NCBI GenBank assembly: GCA_043228905.1
Contig: JBHGNT010000005.1
Span: 24,304,001-24,368,000, forward strand
Length of the DNA stretch: 64,000 nucleotides
From: Azolla caroliniana
Lineage: Eukaryota; Plantae; Polypodiophyta
Direction: 5' to 3'
This document shows, piece by piece, positions 47,101 through 58,893 of the stretch (its first letter is position 1; each line of letters begins with the position of its first letter). The notes under the pieces were generated by a model. That model saw only the letters and a list, made by a program, of their open reading frames with translations. It did not search any database and was not told where the DNA came from. Position numbers and translations under genes: made by a program.

Positions 47101-50100
47101 AATGCTGGAGGAGAAGAGCTTGCCCAAGTTCTACTGGGCCGAGGCAGTAAGGACTGCGGTATACATCCAGAACCGGATCGGAGACAAAGTGTCGGCGCAC
47201 GAGCTATATTTCGGAACAAAGCCGAACTTGCGACACTTGAGGGTGTTCGGTAGCATTGCGTATGTGCATGTACCGAAGGAGAAGAGGAGGAAGCTGGAGG
47301 CAAAGGCCGAGAAATGCATCTTGGTCGGTTACTCGGACGAGCAGAAGGGTTATAAGTGCTATAACCCTCGCAGCAAACAAGTGCGTGTTAGCCGCGACAT
47401 TGTGTTTGACGAGTCCGCGTCCTGGTACCAGCCCCCGACTACGAACCCCGACTCCAATCCGAGCTCTGACGATGAGGTCAGCAAGGCCGAGATGCCTCCG
47501 GATGAGCCCGAAATCGAGACCCCCGAAGAGAGTCTGATTTCACTCCGTTTAAGTGGACCGATTGGACGACTGAGTCGGTACGGCCAGTCCGATGAAGAGC
47601 CGGCGAGTAGTGGAGACTCGGTCGTGCATTCCCCATGCAGGAAGCCGAGGAGATGGCTTATGCGCAAAGAGAAAGGGAAGAAGAAGGTGTCGGATTCCGG
47701 CACGGATAGGAACGAGTCAGACCGACGCGAGTCCGACGCGAATCCGACTCTGAGGGAACCGGTGACGGGTCTTTAAAGGTGAAGTCTGCGTCGACCGAGA
47801 AGGCCTCGACATCGGCTAATGTGAGATTACGCCGACCTACCCGCCAGAAGAATCTTGTTTTGCGGTTCGGATACAACGAGTACATGGCGCATCATTATGC
47901 GTACATGACCCGTGTAGCGGAAGTGCGTGAGCCAGAGAGCTACGCAGAAGCGGCTAAAGACGCGAATTGGCATGCCGCGATGGAGGAAGAGATGCACGCA
48001 TTGGCGGAGAACGAGACCTGGGACCTGGTTGACGCACCAAGAGGGGTAAAACTGATCGGGTGTAGGTGGGTGTACAAGGTCAAGTACATCACCGATGGCT
48101 CGGTCAACCGGTACAAGGCTCGGCTAGTGGCAAAGGGCTACGCGTAGAAACACGGCATCGACTACGATGAGACATTTGCGCCGGTCACGAAAATGACGAT
48201 CGTCCGTGTTTTGCTCGCAGTAGCTGCGGTGAAGGGGTGGCACTTACATCAGATGGATGTAAAGAATGCAATCCTGCAAGGTGACCTTGAGGAACAGGTG
48301 TACATGGTACAGCCCCCCGAATTTCACTCCGGAACGAACTCCTCGGCAGTATGCCGACTGAAGAAGTCCCTTTACGGACTGAAGCAAGCCTCGAGTGCCT
48401 GGAACGCGAAGATCACGCAACAACTGCGTCGGATGGGCTTCGTCACGTCAAAATCGGACTCTTCCATGTTCATCCGGAAAGGTCGACTCGGACCGGTTAG
48501 TATTTTACTATATGTTGATGACTTGGTCATCACCGGCGCCGACCTAGGTGAAATCGACCGCATGAAGCTCTAGCTTGCGGCATCGTTCGACATGAAGGAT
48601 CTGGGGGACCTTCATTACTTCCTCGGGATCGAAGTGATCCGTACCCCCGAAGGCATATTCATCAGCCAACGTCATTACGTGTTGAGTATGCTCTTCAAAT
48701 TCGGGATGGTCGACTGTAAGTCCGTCTCGACTCCTCTGGACAGAACCGTCAAGCTTCGTCCCGATACAGGAACGGTATGTGACCCAACGAGGTTCCGACA
48801 AATTGTCAGAAGCCTCATATACTTGACCATCACCCGACCCGACCTCAGTTATCCGGTCGGAGTGATCAGTCAGTTCATGGCGCGACCTACCGAGGAGCAC
48901 CTTCAGTGTGCGCAACGCATACTTCGGTATGTCAACGGCACTAAGGACCGGGGACTGCTATATCGGACCGGTGCAGCCGCGTAGTTAGTCGGCTACACCG
49001 ATGCTGATTGGGCTGGCAACGCCGCCGATCGCCGATCCACGTCCGGATACGCGTTCTCCCTCGGGAGTGCCGCGATCGCGTGGAGCAGTAAGAAGCAGCC
49101 GACAGTTGCATTGTCGAGCACCGAAGCTGAGTACCGAGGAGCGGTTGTTGCGACATGCAAAGCCATATGGTTGAAGCGGCTACTTAGGGACCTGCAAGAG
49201 GAGGTGTCAGATCCAACGACGATCTACTGCGACAACCTCAGTAGCATCCAGCTCGCTAAAAACCCCGTTTTCCACGCACGGACCAAGCACATTGAGGTGC
49301 ACTACCATTTCGTCCATGAGCGTGTCCTTTCCGGTGAAATCGAACTTCAGTACGTGCCGACGGATCGGCAGGCTGCCGACATCTTCACTAAGCCTCTTGG
49401 TCTGGACAAGTTGCGGCAATTCTCCGGTGCGCTCGGATTGCGTCACCTTGACGTGCCAAACTCGAGGGGGAGAACAGTCCCGAACGACCAAGCAAGGCAG
49501 CAGGAAAGGAGCGAAGACCGCGACACCGAGCCGGTTTTCGAGTTCGACTTCGGATCGGCTGAAGAAGCCGAGGGCGGACAGAAGGGGAGCAGCCGAAGGA
49601 GAGAGCCGAAGCCAACCACGCATGGGGAAGATGACGCCATTGAGGGCGAGAAGACCGAAGACAAGTTGGAGACACCCAACTCAGATGAGAGAGAAAACCG
49701 ATCAGAGGTAGCCGTGTCGGTTCGGAAGTTTGATTCAGATACGTTGAATCAACCGAGGCCCAAACGGAAGAAAAGGCAGCAGGAGAAGTGTCAACACTGC
49801 AACAGCAGAAGAGCTGATAAGGGCCACATGAGCAGACAGGCCGACCGAAAGGGTCGAAGCGCGCGGAGTCGAACAGGTCGAGGAGCGCGAGCGAGGCGTG
49901 AAGCCAAGAGGAACCGGAGCTGTGAGCCCAAAGATCCCGAAGAGCCTCAAGTTGAGCTTGAAGGGGAGTGTTGAGAGACAAGCTCAACATCGGCCGGATC
50001 GGCTGAAGAAGCCGAGGACCGGATCGGTTGGGACCGATCGGTTAGGCCGAATGCGTAAACTGGTACGTAGACCGGTGCGTAGGTAGGGCCGGATCGGTGC

Positions 50101-51915
50101 ATAAACCGGGAAGCCGTTAGGAAAGATATTCCGTGAGGAATATATTTGGGAGTTAGTGTAGGAGATCTTAATGAGCATTGAAGTACTGTCAGTACTTCTA
50201 TCAGTCCTTCTAGGACTTGTATAAAAGTGTTCATTGAACACACATATGTATGAATGGTGAATAGAGATTGAGTACCGTTGTTGAATACAGTTCTTGTGTT
50301 TTCTCTCTCTCACTCACTCTCTGTCTCTCCCGCGTATACTGTGCAAGCTCAAGCTCTCCATTAAACCTAAGTTTTCTTCCTTCTGTTCGGTCTTCATACT
50401 GGCTTCCGCACGCTACTTTTTACAGGACTGTTATACCGGCATGGTATAACTGAAGAGTTAGTCGGATTCACAGATGCCGACTAGGTTGGTGATGCATCGG
50501 ATCGCCGATCCACCTCCAGTTACATGTTTTCTCTAGGTAGCGCGGTTGTTGCGTGGAGCAGCAAAAAGCAGCCAACAGTGGCTCTGTCGAGCACTGAGGT
50601 TGAGTACCGGGGCGCTACCAATGCCACCTGTGAAGCCATCTAGCTTCGGCGACTGCTGCAAGATCTCCGGATTGAGGTGTCGACCCTGATCCTAATCTAT
50701 TGCGACAACATAAGCAACATACAGCTCGCCAAGGACCCCGTATTCCATGCTCGAACAAAGCACATAGAAGTGCATTATCACTTCGTGCGTGAGCGGGTCC
50801 TGATTGGTGAAGTCGAACTTCAGTATGTTTAGAAGGATCGGCAGGTTGTTGACATCTTCACCAAACCGCTTAGATCAAACAAATTACAGCACTTCACCGA
50901 AATGTTTGGTGTTCAGCATCTCGACGTGCCGCACTTGAGGGAGAGAACAGGCGAAGGCAAAGAAACTGGTGCCATAACGGGCAAAGGCAAAGAAACTGCT
51001 GACGGCACCGGACAAGGAATCGGAAAGGGAAGAACCAACAAAGGGGGAGACAAGACGAAAAAGGAAGCCGAGTTGACGAAGGAAGTCGGCACATCCGAAC
51101 AATTCGGAACGAGTGGCAGCGGCGATAGAGTCAAGAAGGGCAGAGCCAACTGGAAGGAGAAGGCCAAGACCTGGACATGGTCTAATGTGGTGAAGGGCCT
51201 GAAACCGAAAGATGAGTTGGAGAAGGCCAAGACCCGGACATGGTCTGATGTGGTGAAGGGCCTGAAACCAGAAGATGAGTTGGAGAACACCGACTCGGAC
51301 AAGAGCGGGAACGAATCGGAGACAGCCGATTCGCTTCAATAGATGGATTCGAAGGAATCGGATCAACTAAAGGCCAACTGGACACAGACGCAACAGAAGT
51401 CGACGCCAACACGAAGGAACCGACGGGTCGACAAGCGTTAGAGTCGCAACAGCGAGGGAGCTGAAATGTGCCTGTTGAGCAGACAAGCCGACCAAGGAGG
51501 TCGAGGTGCGCAAAACCAGAAGGGTCGTGGCAAACAGGACCGGACCGGATGAGGAGCGCGAGCAAGGCGGAGCAACACAAGAAGGAGCCAGGTAGAAAAC
51601 CGGCTGCCACGGACATTAACACCACGATCCGACCTCAAGTTGATCTTGAGGGGGAGTGTTGAGAGAGCAAGCTTAACCTGATCTGGATCGGCTGAAGAAA
51701 CCTGAGCCGAATCGACATCCGGGAGTATGAGCTGGATCGGTATCCGGAAACAACCAGACGGATCGGGGAGATGGATCAGAGAGCCGGATTCAAGCGGGAA
51801 CCGGAAGCCTAGTAGTGCCTAGACTACTAGGTAATTATTGTCTCATAGTTAGTGTCAGTCGCACGTACGAATATTGAAGTACCTGTCAGTACTTCTGTCA
51901 GTCCTTTAGGGAGTT
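41106..51915 (+). mobile_element. Ale-like Copia element C4, interrupted by the related element 44636-50424
   Basis: LTR stub and PBS at 41121; gag (KLDRSNYASW); integrase; RT to 44635; resumes at 50425 (GLLYRH, RNase H); PPT and truncated 3' LTR from 51657. Confidence 0.9.
44636..50424 (+). mobile_element. Ale-like Copia element C5, near full length
   Basis: LTRs 44636-45089 (first TG missing) and 49969-50424; PBS at 45090; gag-pol 45162-49974 with several stops ([24 protein letters not shown]). Confidence 0.94.
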
Positions 51916-52469
51916 CGGTTCAATTCAAACTGAACCATTGCCAATTGTTAGCGACATCAAGCAATTGCTTTTTATTGCATTATTCAGATAGAACATAATA
52001 TTCATCATTTCATACAAATGTGTGATCGTGTGTCAAATTTGGAGGTATATTTCTTAAAATTGGTAAGTTTTATACACTGTTATTTGATGCCAGTGTTTGC
52101 ACAATTCACATAAGTTGACCCAAAATTAGAGATGGAGATCGTTTTCCTATTTCTAAGGTATCGGGGATTACATCATAATTCGGATATGCGCAATTCTTTA
52201 GTATTTAATGGTAGGCATGGAGTTTGGAAACATATCTATGAAAGTTGAAGGGAATACTAATGTGACAATTTTCTTTATTGGAGCAAGTAGAAAAAATTTC
52301 CCCGATGGAATGTTCGTCTTGCTTATTGGCAATTCAATATATTCCACTACCCATGTAGTCTAGTTAGTGGGTGAACATACTCCATTGTGATACCCATCAT
52401 ACGTAATGTTTTCACACACATTTATTAATATAATTGCGTGTTTTTACTAAGAGAGAGAGAGAGAGAGAG

Positions 52470-52590
52470 CCCAGATGGATGTAGCTCAGTTGGTAAGGTT
52501 GCCCAATGGAGACCAAGTGGTCATGGGCTCAACCCCTACATTCCACAGTGGCATCTAATGAATTAAGAGATATATATGAAGTCAACCCCC
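52470..52590 (+). mobile_element. tRNA-derived SINE-like element
   Basis: A-box TAGCTCAGTTGG, B-box-like GGCTCAACCC, preceded by (GA)n. A second copy lies at 63731-63921. Confidence 0.7.
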
Positions 52591-52801
52591 AAAAGAGAAT
52601 GAGTGAAAGAATAGAATAGATGTTTTATCCTCCATGAAGAGACCAATTTTAACCTATGGGACCAAACAATATATCCTTGTACATGACTCCTACTAGCGAT
52701 GGGTCCATTCGGTTTTGGTTTGGTTAGCTTTCTTTGCTTTGAAACCGAACCAAATTAGATTCGACCATTTATATCAAATAAAAACCAAACCAACCATTTA
52801 T

Positions 52802-53941
52802 TAGCAATGGGCCCAGTTTCAGCTCAAATGAAACCGAACTGTTAAGCCATGGTTTAAAGGTTTATAAGTTCCAAAATATCTAAATGGTTTGGTTTGGTTT
52901 GGTTTTAATTATTATAAATGGTTCAGTTTTAGTTCAATTTGGTTTTGAAACTAGGGTTTATTGGTTTATAGGTTTAAGTGGTTTGGTTTAAAGGTGTAAA
53001 GAATCAATGGTGATTCTTGTGTAGCGGAATAGATGTGTGTTATGTGCGTATATGTGTGAGAGAAGAAGAGTGGAGAGAAAAGAGAACTCAAGATAGATAA
53101 ATGATTAGAAAATAGAATACTCAAGAAGAAGGTGTATATTTCACAAGTAGAATGAGATTTACAAAATGTAGCATAACAAGGAGTCACAACCGACATAGTA
53201 TAAAGTATGAGGAGGGTGCTTTATATAGAGTCACCCTCTCTCTTCATTAACTTTACAACAACCACTCTCTCTCTTGGGGAATGTGAAGACTCATAGTCAT
53301 GGGGAATATGTAAGTCATTAGTTTTGTGTCATAGAATATGATTCTATGACACATAGTTAATGTGTAGAGAGTAGTGTTGTGACTCTTGACTTTTAAGTAA
53401 TCATGGATTCTCAAAAGGTGTGTTCACATGTTGTGCTATGTTAAGCTTGATTCTCAACAAAAGGTTTATACGTTTTTTAGCTAACTTTTTTTATCCCAAC
53501 GTTTATATAATTTAATGTTTTTTATTGATTTAATTCACTTAACTTAAATGTTTATTTAATCTAATGGCTTAATTAATGCTTATTTATTTACTTAATTAAT
53601 TGAACATAAATACTTATTTAATTTAGTGCATTTTTATTTATTTAATTTTTTAATTAGTTTGACTTAAATGTGGTTAGGTTTAAACTTTTTATTAAATTGC
53701 TCGATTTGGCTTCAACTTTCCCTAAACAGTTTTGGTTTAAATACTATCATTTACCTTATCTTAAATGGTTTGGTTTAATAGATTGAAAGTTCATAAACAG
53801 TTTGATTTGGTTTTTGTTTTATATAAATGGTTTTGTTCAATTCGATTTGATTTGGTTTGATTTGGTTTTCGTTTTATATAAATGGTTTTGTTCATTTTGG
53901 TTTAGTTTCAAGGCAAAGAAACCGAACTAGGCCCATTGCTA
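52802..53941. mobile_element. Same-family hAT MITE nested in inverted orientation
   Basis: TIRs TAGCAATGGGCC...GGCCCATTGCTA; its left arm matches the reverse complement of the outer right arm; degenerate TSD CCATTTAT/CCGTTTGA. Confidence 0.72.
52995..53459 (-). mobile_element. Solo LTR inside the inner MITE
   Basis: TGTAAAGAATC...GATTCTCAACA with a perfect 5-bp TSD AAAGG; TATA on the minus strand near 53225. Confidence 0.85.
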
Positions 53942-54667
53942 CCGTTTGAGAACTCTCAAGCCATTTAAACCAAACTATTTAAGAAAAGGTAAACCAAATC
54001 TTTTAAATCAAAACCGTTTAGGGAAAAGTTGAAACCAAAACAAACCATTTAATAAAAGAATTAAACCTAACCATTTAAGTCAAATTAATTAAAATAACAA
54101 AAATACATTAAATTAAATGAGCATTTAAGATTAACTAATTAAATTAGAAAAAAAATTAAATAAATAAACATTTATTAAACCATAAAATTAAATAAGCATT
54201 TAAGTGAAATTAATCAAATCAATAAAACATCAACTAAACCATTATATTAATAAACCATCACAATGATAAAAAAGTTAACCAAACAATAATAAACCTTTAA
54301 ACCAAACCATTTATTTATTCGTGAATCGATAAATCAACCATGGCTTAACGGTTTAGTTTGATTTGAGCTGAAATCAGGCCCATAACTAACACCTACTTAT
54401 GAAAGGGGTTACTACACCACCATAAAACTCTCTATGTAAAAATAATGCTACCACATGAGAGAGAGAGAGAGTTTAGATATGGAGAGAGATAGACATTATT
54501 AGACACTACACAAGGATACCAAAGACAATGTATTAGAAAATAGAAGATAGTCATACAATGATAAACATCCACAAAAGATGAAATGGAAACATCATTAAAC
54601 AATTTAATTACATTTATAGAGAAACATGCAATGACATTGTTACAAATAATGATCCAACACCAAAGCA

Positions 54668-55734
54668 CTAACTAGTACTAGTAGGGCTCTGGCCTGAGTT
54701 TTCCTTCTTGTTATCTTCCTTCTCCTTCTTTAGTTTTTCCTCGAGGTAATAGAATATGGTGCCATCATATATTTGTTTAACATCTTCTTTATGAACAAAT
54801 CCATCTTTATCTTTCAAAGTATGGAATGCTACTCTCCATTCGATAAAGGATGCAACTCTATATTGTCATTGTAGGCCACAATAAGATAGAAAATTTATAT
54901 TAACATTTTGAGAATAATGTATCAACCATGTTGTGATTAGTAAATTTTACTATAATCATCATATAGTTATGTTATTGAAATGTTAAAAAGTGTTTTATAA
55001 ATTGTTTCTATTGATGGGGTTTCTTACTTTCCACCAAAGCTCGAATCCCTGCGGAACGATTTGCGCATTTCATTGATTTCATTTAACGTCATCATATTCG
55101 GATTTGTTCTCGAGTACTTGTTGAACAATTGCTCGAAAACGTGAGGTACAAACCTACAAGACCAAATTTACAATAGAGCAAAAACAAACAAAAATGTAAC
55201 AATATCTAGCACATTCACTCATAGACAAGAGGAATCCATACATTAACAACATTTCAATGTATTGTGACTTACCTTCCACCTTCATCATATATCCCTGAAT
55301 CGTTCCCATGCAAACCAAGATGGATGTTCTTTACATAAATAGGGAAAGATATTGACGGAAAGTTGGCCTGTAGTCATCGTGAGAATTTATGAGGGATGCA
55401 TTTGTAAGGACCTAAGCACAATTAAAGTGGAAGTCGTTTGTTTTACTCACTTTGGAAGTTCTACCACTAAGACCAACATTAATGAAGATCGCCCCAAAAA
55501 CCGATAAAGGCACATTACATCCTATTGCTCTCAATCCTAGAAAATAATTATTGAGGATACAATCAATAGAAAAACAATATGATTATACATTACACACACC
55601 GATATGTACATGAGTTATGACTCACCCGTATATGTTTCTCGTGGGTAAATTATACCATCTTTGTTACGATCAAAGAATTCCACATGACGTTGTAGAGGAG
55701 TCAAAGAATAGCCTTCTTGACCAAGGGTACCTAT

Positions 55735-55785
<51 letters not shown>

Positions 55786-57551
55786 ATATATGTATATATA
55801 TATATACATATGCATGCATACCCACACACACACATATGCAACAACCACAAAAGCAAGAATCAAATCAAACATTTTGCATTGATGAAATAAGTTGGTTCTT
55901 GTTGAAATGCCATAGTCGAATATTAGTCTTGATATGGTGTCTCGACCACCATATTCTTGGGATAGCTACAACTAATAAGGGTCAAACAATATATGGACAC
56001 TAGACAATCATGTTCCTAGAACCTTAACTTTGGGATGGCTACATTAGCGATTGAAAGTACATGCACGTTCTAACTAAACTTTTAGGCCAAATCATGTATG
56101 ACTTTATTAACTTGATTCCTAATGATTACACGTGTGTTACTACGCATGATTATAATATTTATGAACAGTACGTGTGTTATATTCGAGAACCCAAGACCAC
56201 AATATGTTTTACCAACAATAAAAGATTTCTTTACTTCAATATTATACATAGGCTACAAAATTTATTTTTGCTCGTACTACATAGTTGTGTCAAGGACTAT
56301 TGGGACATGGGAGTTGTATATTACACTATTAAAAGTTTGATAAAATGAGACCAAGTGGCAATCCCTCTTGGTTAAATTACATGCAAATTGTGACTTTCTC
56401 CAACTAAATTATGATAGCAATGTTGCAAAACATCCAATCAAGGAATATTAGGACGAATATTAGGACCTCATCAATCAAGGAATATTAGGACGAATATTAG
56501 GACCTCATCAATCAAGGAATATTGGCACATGATCCAACAGTATTCTAAGTACTAAAATACAATTTGGGAAGCTTGATAAACTAAGATCAAGTATGGGTTA
56601 TCTTTCAAGACAAAATTCAGAACTACACCATTCTTCCAACTACAAAAAATTTGACAAACTAAGATCAAAACATATTTCAGGACATGACCATTATTCTAAC
56701 TACGAAATCTCGATAATGTATTTTGGGATGTCCATACTAGAAAATCTTCATAAACTAGGATTAAGTACTTGTCATCCTTTGTTGTTAAAAACACAATTTG
56801 TGACACACTTCTCCTAGCAATGATAGTGTGAATAATTAGGAACATTGGTACGAACAATTATACGCCACTAATAACTCTTGAAAGAGTGATATCAAGCAGT
56901 GATCCTTTCTCATTAATTCAATAAACTTCGCAACATTAATGTCATGTGAGATCACATGTGACAAAACCAAGCCAGATAATTAGGGCATAAGCCCAATTAT
57001 TCATACTATGGGAACCTCATAAAATCATGAGACTTAAGTTGTTCCAATATCGAAAATGAACCACTTTTTGCAACGTTTCTTTCTAGGCATTATTACTAAA
57101 TATTGTAAATATTGTATAAAAGATCATTCACACCCACCCTTACAAGCCAACCTCAATGGCAAGAATGGACATGTTCAAACAACCATATGTTTGGAACACA
57201 TACAACTAGAAACAAACTCATATATCTCTAGAACCATGCCGACATTGAGTCAACAATGATGTTGTGGTGTTTCGGGTCATCCATGGCTATCAATGTAACC
57301 AACATGGCCATCTTACACTATGTTGTTATACTAAGGGAGAATGATGGCCAATTAGTTGCGCTTTTTGTTGATCCATGCACAAGATATCATGGATTGAATT
57401 TAAGACCAGATCAATTATATCATGTAATATCATGAGATGCACACATGCATACACATGAATGTATTAATCATGAGATGCACATATACATACACATGAGTGT
57501 ATGCAAGGCTGTACATGTGTATGTGTATGTATGTATGTATGTATGTATGTA

Positions 57552-57608
<57 letters not shown>

Positions 57609-57908
57609 ATGTATACAAAACCTCTTATGTGTGTTTTTGTGTATGCATACATGTACTTTCATGAGTATATATTGTATGCAAAAGATCATGAATCTATATA
57701 AACATAGAAGAGAAATGGGATTGAATCAAATGAGTGTGTTTTAAAGGATTTGATTAGAAGAAGCTCAAAGAAAACAGAGGATTAGGTTAGAGATGAAAAC
57801 AAATATCATCAAATCAATTAATTCCTGTGAAAAAGAAGGGGAAACCATTCCAAACATCAGAGAGAGAGAGAGAGGGAGGAAGGGAGAGAGACCTGCAAGA
57901 TTCTCCAT
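54668..57908 (-). CDS. Caleosin/peroxygenase (short L-type), 6 exons, about 205 aa
   Basis: Exons 57893-57908, 55626-55730, 55451-55536, 55273-55367, 55028-55153 and 54668-54857, all GT-AG and in phase (618 nt). Motifs: [22 protein letters not shown] (EF-hand), [26 protein letters not shown]...KDKDG...YDGT. The 16-nt exon 1 is the least certain. Confidence 0.92.
56434..56524. repeat. 37-bp tandem repeat in caleosin intron 1
   Basis: CAATCAAGGAATATTAGGACGAATATTAGGACCTCAT, about 2.5 copies. Confidence 0.85.
57515..57607. repeat. (TATG)n(TG)n compound microsatellite
   Basis: Direct reading. Confidence 0.95.
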
Positions 57909-57998
57909 TAAAGCTGTTGAGACGGAACAGGGGAGAGACAGAGAAAGAGAGAGGGATTGTAATTGGAAATATTAAGTCCTCCCATCACTTCATTCTAA

Positions 57999-58008
57999 TT
58001 TTTATAGT
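57999..58008 (-). promoter_or_regulatory. Candidate TATA box of the caleosin gene
   Basis: Minus-strand ACTATAAAAA about 95 nt upstream of the ATG, followed by a pyrimidine-rich leader. Confidence 0.45.
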
Positions 58009-58210
58009 AAGACATTAACATGTAATTCATTCGTTAAAAAAGCTATATTCTGCTGTTGCATTTAGGGCATAGATAACTTCACGCCATGCCTATCCAATTT
58101 CTCTTCTCCTTCACGTATACGTGTTCTCTCTCCATCTCCTTCTCCTTCTTCCTTCTTCCTTCTTCCTTCTTCCTTCTCATACATACATAGCAAGTGTTAC
58201 TTACAATACA

Positions 58211-58212
<2 letters not shown>

Positions 58213-58274
<62 letters not shown>
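58213..58274. repeat. (CT)n microsatellite (others at 55738-55780 and 58790-58848)
   Basis: Direct reading. Confidence 0.95.
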
Positions 58275-58276
<2 letters not shown>

Positions 58277-58785
58277 GTTCAATTATATTAATACATTTGT
58301 GTGTGTGGAAAACACTGCCCACCACTAGTTGTCTCTACCATTAGATAGGGCTCTTAGTGGGGATGTGCTGAATCAATCGCCAATCATTAAGCTATATATA
58401 TATATATATTGTCTCTACCATTAGATAGGGCTCGTAGTGAGGACGTGCTGAATCAATCGCCAATCATTAAGCAATATTTATTTATTTATGGACACCCCAG
58501 TTGGTTGTGGGTAAACGCATGAACCGATTGTCAAATCAATCAGCTATATATAGATAGATAGATATCGAAACAATTGTCAAATCAATATATATATATATAT
58601 ATATATGGACAAACACTCCATCGAGGAAAGAATTTTGAACTTGCTCCAATCAACAAAACCTGCTTACGTCATATACTCCCTTGAACTCTCTCGTAGATAT
58701 ATAAATACATATATATAATGCTCTATAAGTCCGTGTCTATCATCAAATATAAAAGCATTGTGCATATCCCAGTTATGACGCACTC

Positions 58786-58852
<67 letters not shown>

Positions 58853-58893
58853 ATCAAAATCAGTCTCACCATGGACTATAAAATATCTACTAT

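Larger units (their letters stand above)
52694..54388. mobile_element. hAT-type MITE (outer copy)
   Basis: TIRs TAGCGATGGG...CCCATAACTA; 8-bp TSD ACTCCTAC/ACACCTAC; AAACC-rich subterminal repeats. Confidence 0.8.

Noticed and set aside
49441-49974. env-like gene in Copia C5
   Set aside because: In frame with pol, hydrophilic, with no signal peptide or transmembrane segment; reported as a Pol extension instead.
52478-52545. Possible true tRNA gene
   Set aside because: No convincing acceptor stem or anticodon arm, and the homology extends beyond the tRNA-like head in the second copy, as expected for a SINE.
56560-56780. Three loose (AAACTAAGATCAA)-like repeats giving an LRR-like translation in intron 1
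   Set aside because: Irregular spacing and no LxxLxLxxN consensus; probably a decayed repeat that I cannot identify.
58079-58087. Alternative caleosin start ATGGCG
   Set aside because: Immediately followed by TGA, and its splice phase does not match exon 2.
57430-58282. ORFs rich in TH, VC or RE dipeptides
   Set aside because: Translations of microsatellites.
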